Source: Eledone cirrhosa (taxonomy: Eukaryota). From it: 64,000 bases of DNA. The translations under genes and the position numbers were made by a program. The first letter of the stretch is position 1. Every line of letters begins with the position of its first letter. Below, one piece after another: positions 48,435 to 59,895 of the stretch. The DNA lies in assembly GCA_964016885.1 (NCBI GenBank), contig OZ024741.1, positions 66,030,001 to 66,094,000 of the forward strand. The letters are read 5' to 3'. Under the pieces are notes generated by a model, which was given only the letters and a program-made list of their open reading frames with translations, did no database searches and was not told the origin of the DNA.

Positions 48435-49213
48435 AACCAAATAAATATATATATATTTTTTTTTTAAATAAGACTTCAGTTGCATTTTCGATTTCATCTC
48501 TTTTTCTTTATACTTCCACTCGTGTAGGACACCTCGGTTATTTTTCATTTTGTAAAAAAAACCTCACTTTCTAATATATATATATATATATATATATTAT
48601 CTATGTTCATACACACACATACACATACATATATACACACACACAAATGTGTGTGAGTATATCTAATCCTACACATACCAGTATGGAAAAATGGTTATGA
48701 TGATGATTATGATTAATTTTTATATAAAAATATTTATAACAATGACTTTTAACATAAACACAAGACCAGACGTTTTTGTTGAGAAGTGCATTTACAACAT
48801 TTTTGCCCATTTTTCAGTTTTACAATGTGAATGCTTTCATTACTAAATAAACATAACTTTCATTATTTTGGAAACTAATACAGCAATCACAAGATATTTA
48901 TGTTCTTTATCAATGTAACTTATATATATATATAAATAAACCATTGGCTTGAAATCCCTTATTATTGTTTGTTTTTTTTAAGTACATTCTATATTGTTTG
49001 CAAATTTTGAATCTCTGACATTCAAAATATAAAAATCCACAAACCTCTTCTAAATAAATGAATAAATAAATAAATAGATAATAAAAATAAAAATGAAAAA
49101 CCTTTTTCAGGGATTTATTAAAATAATTAATTATTTCACTCTAAGATAGTAACTTAAGAAATGGTTCTTATTTAGAATTATGTTAGATTTTAATTTAAAT
49201 AGGATCCCTTTAA

Positions 49214-49421
49214 CCCTTTAGCTTTTACATAACTCTATATTTACTATTATATTTTCATGGTAAAGGCTTTACCTCACATAATATCGAATCTATGAGATTT
49301 TGATACTATTTAATTTGAGAATAATACCTGAACATAAGTATGAGTGGCTCGTTACAGCCAGTTTGAACAGGAAGAGGTGAGTGAATTCTGGCCAGATACG
49401 GCCAGTTTAAATCCTAAAGGG
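49214..49421 (+). mobile_element. piggyBac-type MITE family 1 nested in an older AT-rich TTAA-type MITE (family 2, ~49105-49495)
   Basis: TTAA duplicated; flanks match the uninterrupted family-2 copy at 56447-56667. Confidence 0.8.
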
Positions 49422-50045
49422 TTAAAATTGGTGGTTTTGTTTCATAGAATATGAAGAAGTGGTTTGGGGGCAGGTTGGTATCAAAAGGATTTAAAAGTGT
49501 ATACAAAAAGACAAAACAAATTTTGCTTCAAGAATTATAGCCTGATTGTATTAGGGGAAGAAAAATAGAAAGAAGGATCAGGCAACGAAAGAAAGGGAGA
49601 GAGGAAGGGATAGTCACTACACCCCAATCTGAGCAGTGGCATAGCCGCGCCTTACAAAATAAAATGGCAAAGTGTTACCGCAGAGAATGGCTAGAATCAC
49701 TCAAATGAGCGCCCACTTCACTCCGCCAACATGGGTTATACAGGTCTTCTCCAGCATTTTTTTCCCCTGAAGCTGACATCTATCAAGCTAACAAAACCAG
49801 TGTTGCTGCTGATTTTGCTCTTAACAGTTTTATTGGTGCAACCTCTTTTTTTTTCAATTGCACATGTCACAATGACATGTTTGTTCAATTATCATTTTAT
49901 TTTTGTTTGTCTTTCTTTTTTTTTCTATATCTGCTAATTTTGGTGGGTGATTAGGGACTCAGTTTTTACTACCACCTTCATGAAAGCCTCCTCTTACTAC
50001 CATTTCAGTGAACATCATCATCATCATCACCACTTTTACACCCAC

Positions 50046-50305
50046 TTTTCCATGCTAACAAGGGTTTCTCCAAAACATTTTCCATGCTAACATGGGCTTG
50101 TCCAAAACATATTCCATGCTAACATGGGCTTGTCCAAAACATTTTCCATGCTAACATGGATTTCTCCAAAACATTTTCCATGCTAACATGGATTTCTCCA
50201 AAACATTTTCCATGCTAACATGGATTTCTCCAAAACCTTTTCCATGTTGACATGGGTTTCTCCAAAACATATTCTATGCTGACATGGGTTTGTACAAAAC
50301 ATTTT
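50046..50305. repeat. Minisatellite, ~30-31-bp unit, about 8 copies, derived from a minus-strand RTE/SINE tail
   Basis: TTTTCCATGCTAACATGG(G)TTTCTCCAAAACA units follow a (CAT)n tail. Confidence 0.9.
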
Positions 50306-50707
50306 AAGGTAGTGTTTTACAGAAGTTTTCTCTTTCTGACTTTTTCCCCAAGCTTGAAGACTTAAAGTTATTTCTTCCTCCAAACAGAGAAAAACATAAA
50401 AAAATTCCTCTACCATCTCTTTACCTGATGCTTACAAATGGGACACAAAATAAACATCTAGTTAGGACATTAACCGCATTTTTCAAAGCCTTGTGTGCTT
50501 GTAACACTCTTTTCTCATTGATACCTCCCTCTAATAACAATAATAATGATTATTTTTAATTGAGACACAAGTCAAAAAAATTAGGAGGAAGGGGAAGTTG
50601 ATTAAATCAACACTAGTCAATAATGTGTATGTGTTTGTATGTCCTCATCATCATCATCACTGTTTCATGCCATTTTTCAAAGTTATATAATATATATACA
50701 AGCCGAA

Positions 50708-50970
50708 GCTGAAGCATATAGACAATATGCCCCCACACCCTCCCACTGAAAAGTGGTCGTGGAGGTGCCACAGCAAAAAAGCACCCAGCACTCACTGTAA
50801 ATGAGGTTGGTGTTAGGAAGGGCATCCAGCTGTAGAAATCAAGCCAGAATCAGTTCCCGTATGAGCAAGATAAGGTCAGCCGACCAGACACTGGACACAA
50901 CAGGACAACCCGTCTAACCCATGCTAGCGTGGAAGAACGGACGTAATACGGTGATGATGATGGTGATGAT
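50708..50970 (+). mobile_element. RTE 3'UTR-only insertion (similar at 55718-55925)
   Basis: Begins GCTGAAGCATATA at the RTE stop codon and continues to (GAT)n. Confidence 0.85.
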
Positions 50971-51000
50971 ATATATATATACATATATACATACATACTT

Positions 51001-51300
51001 CATTTTTGTATTTCTTTTACAAGATTTCTTATCTGAAAATGTATATTAAAACAGGTATTGTTATACTTTGGGAGTGTCATTCTGCCACAAAACAAGATGG
51101 TGTAGGACAGAACAAAGGAGAGACAAAATAACAAATTAGTTGCTGAGGAGATCACAGAATGTGTGATGAAAGAGCTTTGACAATAAATAAACAACCATCC
51201 AGTTATTAAACCGACCAACCGGAAATTTGTGATAAATTGAAGTAAAATCCAACAGGTGGATGTGTTTATATTGGCAGTATGACCCTCCCAAAGTATAACA
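51001..51300. mobile_element. Second, diverged member of the 4312-4580 fold-back family in opposite orientation
   Basis: Arms 51059-51087 / 51272-51300; tail 51001-51058; shares ACCAACCGGAAATTT and ATAAATTGAAGT. Confidence 0.7.
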
Positions 51301-52258
51301 TATCTATGAATATATGATATCTGTTGGCAGCATGTTGCTCTGTTTCGGAAGCTGTACTACATGCTTGTGTAAAATAAAACCAAATGTTTATGCTTATATG
51401 TATCAAATGTTAGAGGTTGAGAGTGCATAATTTAAAAAAGCAGTTGAACAAATATGTATACGTGTGTGCGTCTGTATGTTGTTACCATTCATTTAGTCAA
51501 TAAATCTGTTAGGAATAGCAGCCACTTGTGAGTAAAACCACACCTTACTACTAATGTATGTATGTATATATGTAGGTATGTATGTCATCATCATTGTTTT
51601 TATGTCTGTTTTTTTCACGCTTGCCACCATGTATACCACCATGTTGGCCCTACCTACTATAAGTAGGCAGGGCCAACATGGTGGTATACATTTTACTGCC
51701 AGAATTTAAATTTTGACTGTTAGATTTACACCAGGACTTTAAAAAATGTGCCCAACATTAAGAAAATAAGCACTTCATACATATTACACAAGGTCACTTT
51801 ACTTTCTAAAGATTGTCTCAACCCTTGAGGCTTATTAGACTATGGTTTACTGGTTAAAGCGTAAGATTCACAAGCATGAGATTGTGAGTTCGATTCCATG
51901 ACTGGGTGATGCATTGTGTCCTTGAGCAAGACACTTTATTTCACATTGCTCCAGTTCACTCAGAAGTAGAAATGAGTTGCAATGTCACTGGTGCCAAGTG
52001 GTATCAATCTTTGCCTTTCTCTTGGACAACATCAGTGGCATGGAGAGGGGAGACTGATATGCATAGGTGACTGTTGGTCTTTCATAAAAACACCTTTGCC
52101 TTAGAAGGGGACTTTATACGTGCAAAATCAATAGTCATTCATGACCGAAGGTTTTTTAAAATCTTTTTTACTCTTTTTCACTTAACCAGGCTTAACCAGA
52201 ACCAATATCCTCCAACTAAGTGGTTTGCTCTGGTAAATTACATAGAGTAATGTCAATA

Positions 52259-52375
52259 CAGTGAAATTCCCTTATAATGAAATTCACGGGATATAAAAAA
52301 GTTTGTTGTAACAAAAAATTCTTTATAACAAGATCGACCAAAACAATCGAGCGTTTGTTATAATGGTATTCATTA
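52259..52375. mobile_element. pogo/Tigger-type MITE, degraded
   Basis: TA|CAGTGAAATTCCCTTATAATGAA ... TTTGTTATAATGGTATTCATTA|TA. Confidence 0.55.
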
Positions 52376-52504
52376 TATTAGAATTTTACCTGCATAATAG
52401 AAAATAGAGTACTGCTCATACCTGAGGTCCACAGAGTTGCACATTGCAGTGCAGGGAAGATATGTAATAAAAGTAATAAAACTACTGAATAATAACAACA
52501 ACAA

Positions 52505-53420
52505 CAATAATAATAATAATGGTTTCTTATATAGGCACAAGGCCAGCAATTTGGGGGGAAGGGATAGTCGATTAAATCGACCCCAGTGCGTGACTGGTAC
52601 TTTATTTTATCGACCCCGTAAGGATGAAAGGCAAAGCTAACCTCGGTAGGATTTGAACTCAGAATGCAAAGGGCCATAACGCTATGCTGCGAAGCAGGGT
52701 GTCTGGTGCTCTACAAATTCTGTCAATCCACCACCCTAATAATAATAATTGTTTCTACTTTTGGCACAAGGCCAGCAATTACCCAGTACATTACTGGTAC
52801 TTTATTTTATCGACCCCGTAAGGATGAAAGGTAAAGTTAACCTCGGCGGGATTTGAACTCGGGCCGTAAAGGGCCATAACTCTATGTTGCAAAGCATGGC
52901 GTCCGACTCTCTACTGATACTGCCAATCCACCGCCCTAATAATAATAATAATAATTGTTTCTACTGTTGGCACAAGGCCAGCAATTACCCAGTGTATTAC
53001 TGGTACTTTAATAATAATGGTTTCTTATACAAGGCCAGCAATTTTGAGGGAGGAGGGAAGTCGATTAAATTGACCCCAGTGCGTGACTGGTACTTTATTT
53101 TATCGACCTGTAAGGATGAAAGCAAAGCTAAACCTCGGCAGGATCTGAACTCAGCATGTAAAGGGCCGCAACTCTGTGCCATGAAGCAGGGTGTCTGGCG
53201 CTCTACCTATACTGCCAATCCACCACCCTTAATAATAATAATAATTGTTTCTACTTTAGGCACATAATAATAATGATGATACTGATGCTGATTTAAGCAC
53301 AAGGCCAGCAATTTTTTTTTTGGGGGGGGGGGGATTAAATTGACCCTAGTATGTAACTGGTACTTTATTTTATCAACCTTATAAAAATGAAAAGTAAAGC
53401 TAACCTCAGCTGGATTTATA
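52505..53420 (-). mobile_element. Tandem cluster of 4-5 SINE family B copies and fragments
   Basis: Head-to-tail consensus copies separated by (AAT)n; two subtypes alternate. Confidence 0.85.
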
Positions 53421-53726
53421 ATAATAATTGTTGTTCTCATCACCACGTTAATATTCATTTTCCTATGAAGTCATGTGCTGAGTGGATCTTCCACACGCAA
53501 CACATTGCCACTTAGCTTATTACTTCCTCGAATGTGTGGGGGTGGGTGCGAGTGTGTGTATGTGTGTGTGCATGAGTATGACTGAATGCTTGCAGCTGTA
53601 TCTGTACACAAACTCTGGAAACCATATGCTATTACTTCTCCACATACCTCTGCTACATCAATGAAATCACAAGCCACATTCCTTCTCATTGTCTATTTGG
53701 ATTATTTATATGTCTATACAATCACA

Positions 53727-54446
53727 ACAAAAAGCTCCCAGTCCACACTGTAAAGTGGTGTGTTAGTGACATGACAAAAAGCTCCCAGTCCACACTGTAA
53801 AGTGGTCATATTAGTGACATGACAAAAAGCTCCCAGTCCACACTGTAAAGTGGTCATATTAGTGACATGACAAAAAGCTCCCAGTCTACACTGTAAAGTG
53901 GTGTGTTAGTGACATGACAAAAAGCTCCCAGTCCACACTGTAAAATGGTTGTTAGTGACATGACAAAAAGCTCCCAGTCCACACTGTAAAGTGGTCATAT
54001 TAGTGACATGACAAAAAGCTCCCGATCCACACTGTAGAGTGGTGTGTTAGTGACATGACAAAAAGCTCCCAGTCCACACTGTAAAATGGTTGTTAGTGAC
54101 ATGACAAAAAGCTCCCAGTCCACACTGTAAAGTGGTGTGTTAGTGACATGACAAAAAGCTCCCAGTCCACACTGTAAAGTGGTCATATTAGTGACATGAC
54201 AAAAAGCTCCCGATCCACACTGTAGAGTGGTGTGTTAGTGACATGACAAAACGCATCCAGTACACACTGTAAATGTGATTGCCGTTTTGAATGGCATCCA
54301 GTTGTAGAAACCAAGCCAGAATCACTTCTGTATGAGCAAGATGTGGTCATCTGATCTGGCTTGTCTAACAATGGGACAACTTGTCTAATCTATGCTAGCA
54401 TGGAAAAATGGACATTAAACAGTGATGATGATGATGATGATGATGA
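53727..54446 (+). repeat. Minisatellite of 11 full 46-48-bp units plus a terminal unit running into an RTE-type tail
   Basis: ACAAAAAGCTCCCAGTCCACACTGTAAAGTGGT(GTG/CATA)TTAGTGACATG; homologous to the RTE 3'UTR unit at 11540-11615. Confidence 0.92.
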
Positions 54447-54664
54447 TACAACCATAGATGTCATGTCTGTATTCAATAATAATAATGGCTTCCATGCCTA
54501 ACCATTCGACCATTTCACTCATGTGTGTTCCATCTATCATGCACTAGGATAACAATGTCAAATGCTCTTCAGAAGAAAAATGTCTTCTCTTCTACCTTAT
54601 GGCACTAAACATCGCCTGGATGAGAGAATTTACAGATATGTTTCACTTTCACCATTTCAATATA

Positions 54665-55008
54665 CAGTCGTCCCCCAATATTCGCAGGGGTTATGTTCCT
54701 AGAGCACCCACAAAGAGTAAAAAACCGCGAATATTGCATGTGGTCCATAAAAATGCCTATAAACGACAAAATATAATGTAAAATATAGGCTGCTAAATAT
54801 GGTATATTGTTATAAATAATTTTGCGTTAAAAAGTGTGAAAAAATATATATTGCCACGAAAAAAGCCATTAAAAAATCACGGAAGATATTTACGATTCCA
54901 CGAATATGCGGTGGTTCCCACAAACAATTATTAGTTAGGTTCTAAGGAAAATCCCGTGAATAACCAGGACCGCTAATGAAGGGGGGGGGGGGGGGGGGGG
55001 GGGCACTG
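54665..55008. mobile_element. Tigger-like MITE
   Basis: TA|CAGTCGTCCCCCAATATTCGC left TIR; right end CCGCTAATGAAG(G)nCACTG; internal CCGCGAATAT. Confidence 0.6.
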
Positions 55009-56161
55009 AATTTTATAAGTCAATGTTTCATAGCATATAAAGTTTGTTGAGCTGATGTTCTTTATAAAAGATATCTTTAAATTATTTATTAGCAAAGAAA
55101 TGATATTAGAGATTACATATGGTTATAAGAGAGTTGTAATGCAGTCACTCAACCTGCTAAAGATAGCAGCCAAATATCACAGTCTAGGTCTAATGACTGT
55201 CTCAAACCCAGAGGCTCATTAGGCCGGTGCTTATCCCGGTTTCCATGCCGTGAACCGACAGAGTACAAGACTTTCCAGTACAAGACAGTATGCCAGTCCA
55301 CTGCTATTACTGATACTCATCTTCAGTTGAGTATACTGGAGCAACGAGAAGTGAAGTTGCCCAAGAACACAACACACAACCCAGTCTAGGAATTGAACTC
55401 ATGACATTATGATCATAAGTCCAGCATCCTTACCATGAGGCCCCACACCTCCACAAATATCAATGTACCTTCTATTAAAATAAAGTAAAAAGACCTATTA
55501 GATAATATGGTCCTAGATATAACATCATGTCACATCTGGAACATTTTTTTATTATAATCAATCTGCTTGATGAGGGTTGACCTGGGGCTACACAGCAACA
55601 ACATGCTTTGAATGAAACATTTTATTGCCAATAAACCAATAAAAGCGAGCATTTCTTGACAAGTGTACATTTAATTACCTAACTATGCACAAAAGTACAA
55701 ATGCATAAATCAACTCACGGACATGTAGGCGCCACGGAAAAAAGCACCCAGCACTCACTGTAAATGAGGTTGGTGTTAGGAAGGGCACCCAGCTGTAGAA
55801 ATCAAGCCAGAATCAGTTCCTGTATGAGCAAGACAAGGTCAGCCGACTGGACACTGCCCACAACAGGACAACCCGTCTAACTCATGCTAGCGTGGAAGAA
55901 CGGACGTAAAACGATGATGATGATACATTCACACAGTGTGTGTATATAGAAAGAGAGAAAGCACCTGTTTATGTAAGAATTTCTATTAAATAAACAACTA
56001 GAAACAGTTAACCAGTTTAATGTTGAGACACTCATATTTTTTAACTGTATCTGATTATTGTACAAAGAAGTTAGTTATATTATTAGTTTCTGTGTAGAGA
56101 AACAAACAAGTTGAATGATGAGCCGAGCTTTCATCCAGATTACACATGTAGACCACTTTAA

Positions 56162-56369
56162 CCCCTTAGCATTTACATTACTCTATATTTAGTATTGTAT
56201 TTTCACAGTAAAGGCTTTATCTCACATAATATCAAATCTATGAGATTTTGATATTATTTATTTTGAGAACAATACCTTAACGTCAGTATGAGTGGCCAGT
56301 AATGGCCAGCTTGAACAGAAAGAGGTGAAAGAATTCTGAACAGATATGGCCGGTTTGAAGGCTAAAGGG
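56162..56369 (+). mobile_element. piggyBac-type MITE family 1
   Basis: TTAA flanks, family consensus. Confidence 0.8.
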
Positions 56370-57412
56370 TTAAGGGTGTAGGAATTTAAACAGGAAACAT
56401 AAGGGCTAGTATATTCAGAATTGGATAAAAGTGTGATATAATAGTTTAACCCTTTTGTGATATAATAGTTTAACCATATTTCTATTTCAATTAATGAATG
56501 AGGAATTTTGAGGGAATTATTAAACTTATTAATTATTTCAATACATATGGCTCTTATATAAAATTATGTTGGAAGATTTTAATTTAAATAAGAACCCTTT
56601 TAAAGTGGGAGGTTTTGTTTCATAAACCCAAGGGTGGTTTGGGATGAGTTAGTATCAAAAGAGTTATAAGAAGAGAAAATAATGAAATTCAAGGAAAACT
56701 GTGATAGCATGTGTCAACAAAAACAAAGAATTAACAAAAGAAAAGTCAACTGTCTTTCATATTTCTGGTTTTGATAAATAAGGGGATAAACTGACAGAAC
56801 ATTTAGAGTGTTGTGTGAGAAACCCTACCCCATTTGTTCAAACTCTTTTGGTTCATAAATTCAAATTATGTTGTGGTGTATGTGGGTGGTAGACTTAATA
56901 TATCACCCAGTTTGACACCACCATTTGGCCTTTGGGTATCTTCAGCAGAGTCTGTTGTGTTGCAAGTATTCAGGTTAGGTCTTCAGTTCAAGGATACCTT
57001 TCTTCCTCCTTTCAGAAGGTTCTGACAAGGGTCATTCATGGGCATTGCTCTTCACCTTGACTAAATAATTGTTTCTACTTTTGGCACAAGGCCAGCAATT
57101 ATCCAGTGCATTACTGGTACTTTATTTTATCGACCCCGTAAGAATGAAAGGCAAAGTAAACCTCAGAATGGCAAGGACCATACTCTATGCGTCAAAGCAT
57201 GGCGTCCGACCCTCTACCGATACTGACTAAATAATAATGATAAATCTGTGTGCCATGAGCAGATATGAATTTCAGTCGTTTGGGCAAGGCACTCTTTCAT
57301 AATAGAAGATATTAATCTTTCCGATACCAAATCACCTGAAACTAACCAGAGTTCCATGATAAAAGGCTGTTTATTTTAAAGTCTAAAACCTTTTCATCAT
57401 AATTTTATTTAA

Positions 57413-57633
57413 CCCTTTAGCATTTAAACTGACCATATCTGACCAGAATTCTCTCACCTCTTTCTGTTCAAACCAGCTGTAACTGGCAACTCATACTGAT
57501 ATTAAGGTATTGTTACCAAAATAAATACCATCAAAATAAATAACATCAAAATCTCATAGATTCGATATTATGTGAGATAATTATGTGAGGTAAAGCTTTT
57601 ACCACAGAAATACAATAGTATATATAGAGTAAT
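57413..57633 (-). mobile_element. piggyBac-type MITE family 1 (one end lost), nested in a family-2 MITE (~57313-57790)
   Basis: TTAA|CCCTTTAGCATTTAAAC; host sequence resumes at ~57634. Confidence 0.75.
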
Positions 57634-57929
57634 ATAAGAATCTTTATTAAGTTGAGTGCCAAACATTAATTCGATAACAAGAATGTTAGTTATATTACTA
57701 AATCCCTCCAAATTCTTGATTATTTTCAAAATATTTTGAAAATTATAGGCAGTGTCTTTCATTAGAAACTTAGTAAAAAAAAGAGTTAAAGAGAATTTTT
57801 GTGTATTGTGATTGGTCATCAGGAAGAAAGGTGTTTTATTTTGTGGATGTGTTTATATATAAGAGATTGAAATATGGCTGTGCATGACCTCCAACCTTGT
57901 TACTTTAGCCACAAACTCAAGTACTGGTA

Positions 57930-58165
57930 TCTGTAATGCAAAGGAAGATAGCCAAATACCAGGATTTGACTGACCACTTTCTTGGCATGCCAGTCACCAT
58001 TGAGACCTCTTGTGTCTTCAGTCCCTGAACTGCCATTTTTCCTCCACAAAATTGAGAGGAATGCATGCCATATGAGGAAGGAGCCTTGTGAGCTGGTGTG
58101 GATGATGAAATGGGTGTCAATGGCTGTTCTCCATGGCAACACCTTTGCTGTTTTTGTCTACAGGG
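57930..58165 (+). mobile_element. Degraded 3' end of a CRE-like (restriction-like endonuclease) retrotransposon
   Basis: RKIAKYQDLTDHFLGMPVTIETSCVF then FLHKIER..EPCE..VSMAVLHGNTFAV resembles the K..KY..L...F.PVA.ET.G..G....LS.A..RGNA pattern. Confidence 0.55.
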
Positions 58166-59188
58166 TACAGCTGAGATATAGACAGTGTAGAGTCTGCTGC
58201 TCTCTTCCCTTACATTTGTTACTTAATTTATTTTACTCTTATTTAATTTTCTTATTGATTATTTCATATTAATAATTGATTAATCTTTACATTAGCATGT
58301 TTGTCTATTTTATTTTTGTGCTTATTAAGGATGGAGAAGCAGTGCCCATGTCCTTTGCAAGGTTTTTAAGATTGCTGTAATTGATACGAATAACATTTAG
58401 CATCGACATCTGCAGGTAAATCTCTCTCTCTCATATATATATATATATATGCACAACAAGTGCCGTAGAGTTGTAATGGGGTAGTGCTGATGCCCTGATA
58501 AAATACATCCAGTACATGTTGTAAAGTGATGGGCATTAGAAAGGGCACCTAACCATAGAAACCAAGTAAAAAATAGAATGCTTGTACAAGATATGGTCAT
58601 CTGACCATTCTAGCAAAATAAAAAGCAAAAAACGTGCCAACCCATCTAACCATTGCAAGTACGAAATATAGACATTAAATGGTGATAAAATACAGTAAAG
58701 AAAAAGTGAAATATATCAACACTAACTTGGTTGTAATTTTAAATGATTCACAACACTCATGAGCTATAGTGGCTAAGTTAAGTAGGTGAACTGTTGACCA
58801 CAACATTATTAAGGAATCAAACCACTACTCCAGTCATTGTATTGTGTCCTTGGACTTTAAAGGTTGATAAAACTAAGAACTTCACTTGGAGTGTTTCTTT
58901 AGAAATAGATCTGTGGTACCACACCCTACTATAAATCCAAATTTCTTCTTATTTTACTCAAGCTTATCTTGCAATAACTATATTGCTATGACAGCAAATT
59001 CACTTGATTTCATATGTTTGCTAGATGGAAGATAATATGCAATCCGATTTTTGACGAATGAAATGCATCTTTTTATAAACTAATATTTGTTGGGCAAAAT
59101 ATCAAAACTATCAAAGTCTTTTACTTGGTCTTTCCTGAGACTAACAATTTTTACCACATATATGGCTAACATTGGTTGATAGACTTAA

Positions 59189-59414
59189 CCCTTTAGCATT
59201 TACATTACTCTATATTTACTATTGTATTTTCACAGTAAAGGCTTTACCTCACATAATTATCTCTCATAATATCAACTCTACGAGATTTTGATGTTATATA
59301 TTTTGAGAACACGTTAACATCAGTATGAGTGGCCAGTTACAGCCGGTTATGGCTAGTTTGAACAGAAAGAGGTGAGAGAATTCTGGCCGGATGGCCAGTT
59401 TAAATGCTAAAGGG
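59189..59414 (+). mobile_element. piggyBac-type MITE family 1
   Basis: TTAA|CCCTTTAGCATTTA...TAAATGCTAAAGGG|TTAA. Confidence 0.85.
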
Positions 59415-59751
59415 TTAACTATTGGCTTGTAAGATTTACATGCTGGTCACTCAGTTATGTGTGAGAATATATGTACGCAGGGTGAAGGCTCCTGACTCAT
59501 CTGAGGGATCAATAGTTCTGCTTGAGTACTGACTTAGTCTGTGAAGACCCGTCAAACATTTTCTAGCTGGGGAAATGGATGTAAATGATGATGATGATGG
59601 AAAAGCACAACAAATATAGCCAACAAACAAATACAAGGCAATCGAAGTCATCTGATATCTCACAACAAATAGATGTAAAAAAAATAAAGACATATAGATA
59701 GATAGCTTCTTTTTTTTTTCACAGTGACTTTAAAAGAAAATATATAAATAC

Positions 59752-59895
59752 CTTAGCCACGGATTCATTGTAAGAACGGCAAGACTTCTGCGAGGGGAAA
59801 AATAGCTTCCTTAACGGCCTCAGAATCAATGTGTGTCGCAGTTTACGTCGATTGTTCAATCGCCGACAGTGCTTACAGAACTTGCAGTGGTTCAT
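59752..59895 (-). CDS. Candidate first coding exon of an unidentified host gene
   Basis: Non-repetitive CpG-rich stretch; ATG at 59895, 48 codons MNHCKFCKHCRRLNNRRKLRHTLILRPLRKLFFPSQKSCRSYNESVAK, phase-0 donor AAG|GTATTT; possible acceptor CCTTAG| upstream at 59941; no recognisable domain. Confidence 0.3.

Larger units (their letters stand above)
48217..48573. mobile_element. ~295-bp near-perfect palindrome plus ~60-bp tail between (TA)n tracts (Penelope-like inverted pLTR pair)
   Basis: 48217-48360 is the reverse complement of 48364-48511, with a 3-nt loop; tail 48512-48573. Confidence 0.8.

Noticed and set aside
53727-54270. CRISPR-like regular array
   Set aside because: No unique spacers or cas genes; units are contiguous and homologous to the RTE 3'UTR; eukaryotic context.
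54980-55003. Poly-G run as a functional G-quadruplex
   Set aside because: Homopolymer expansion within a MITE TIR, possibly a sequencing error.
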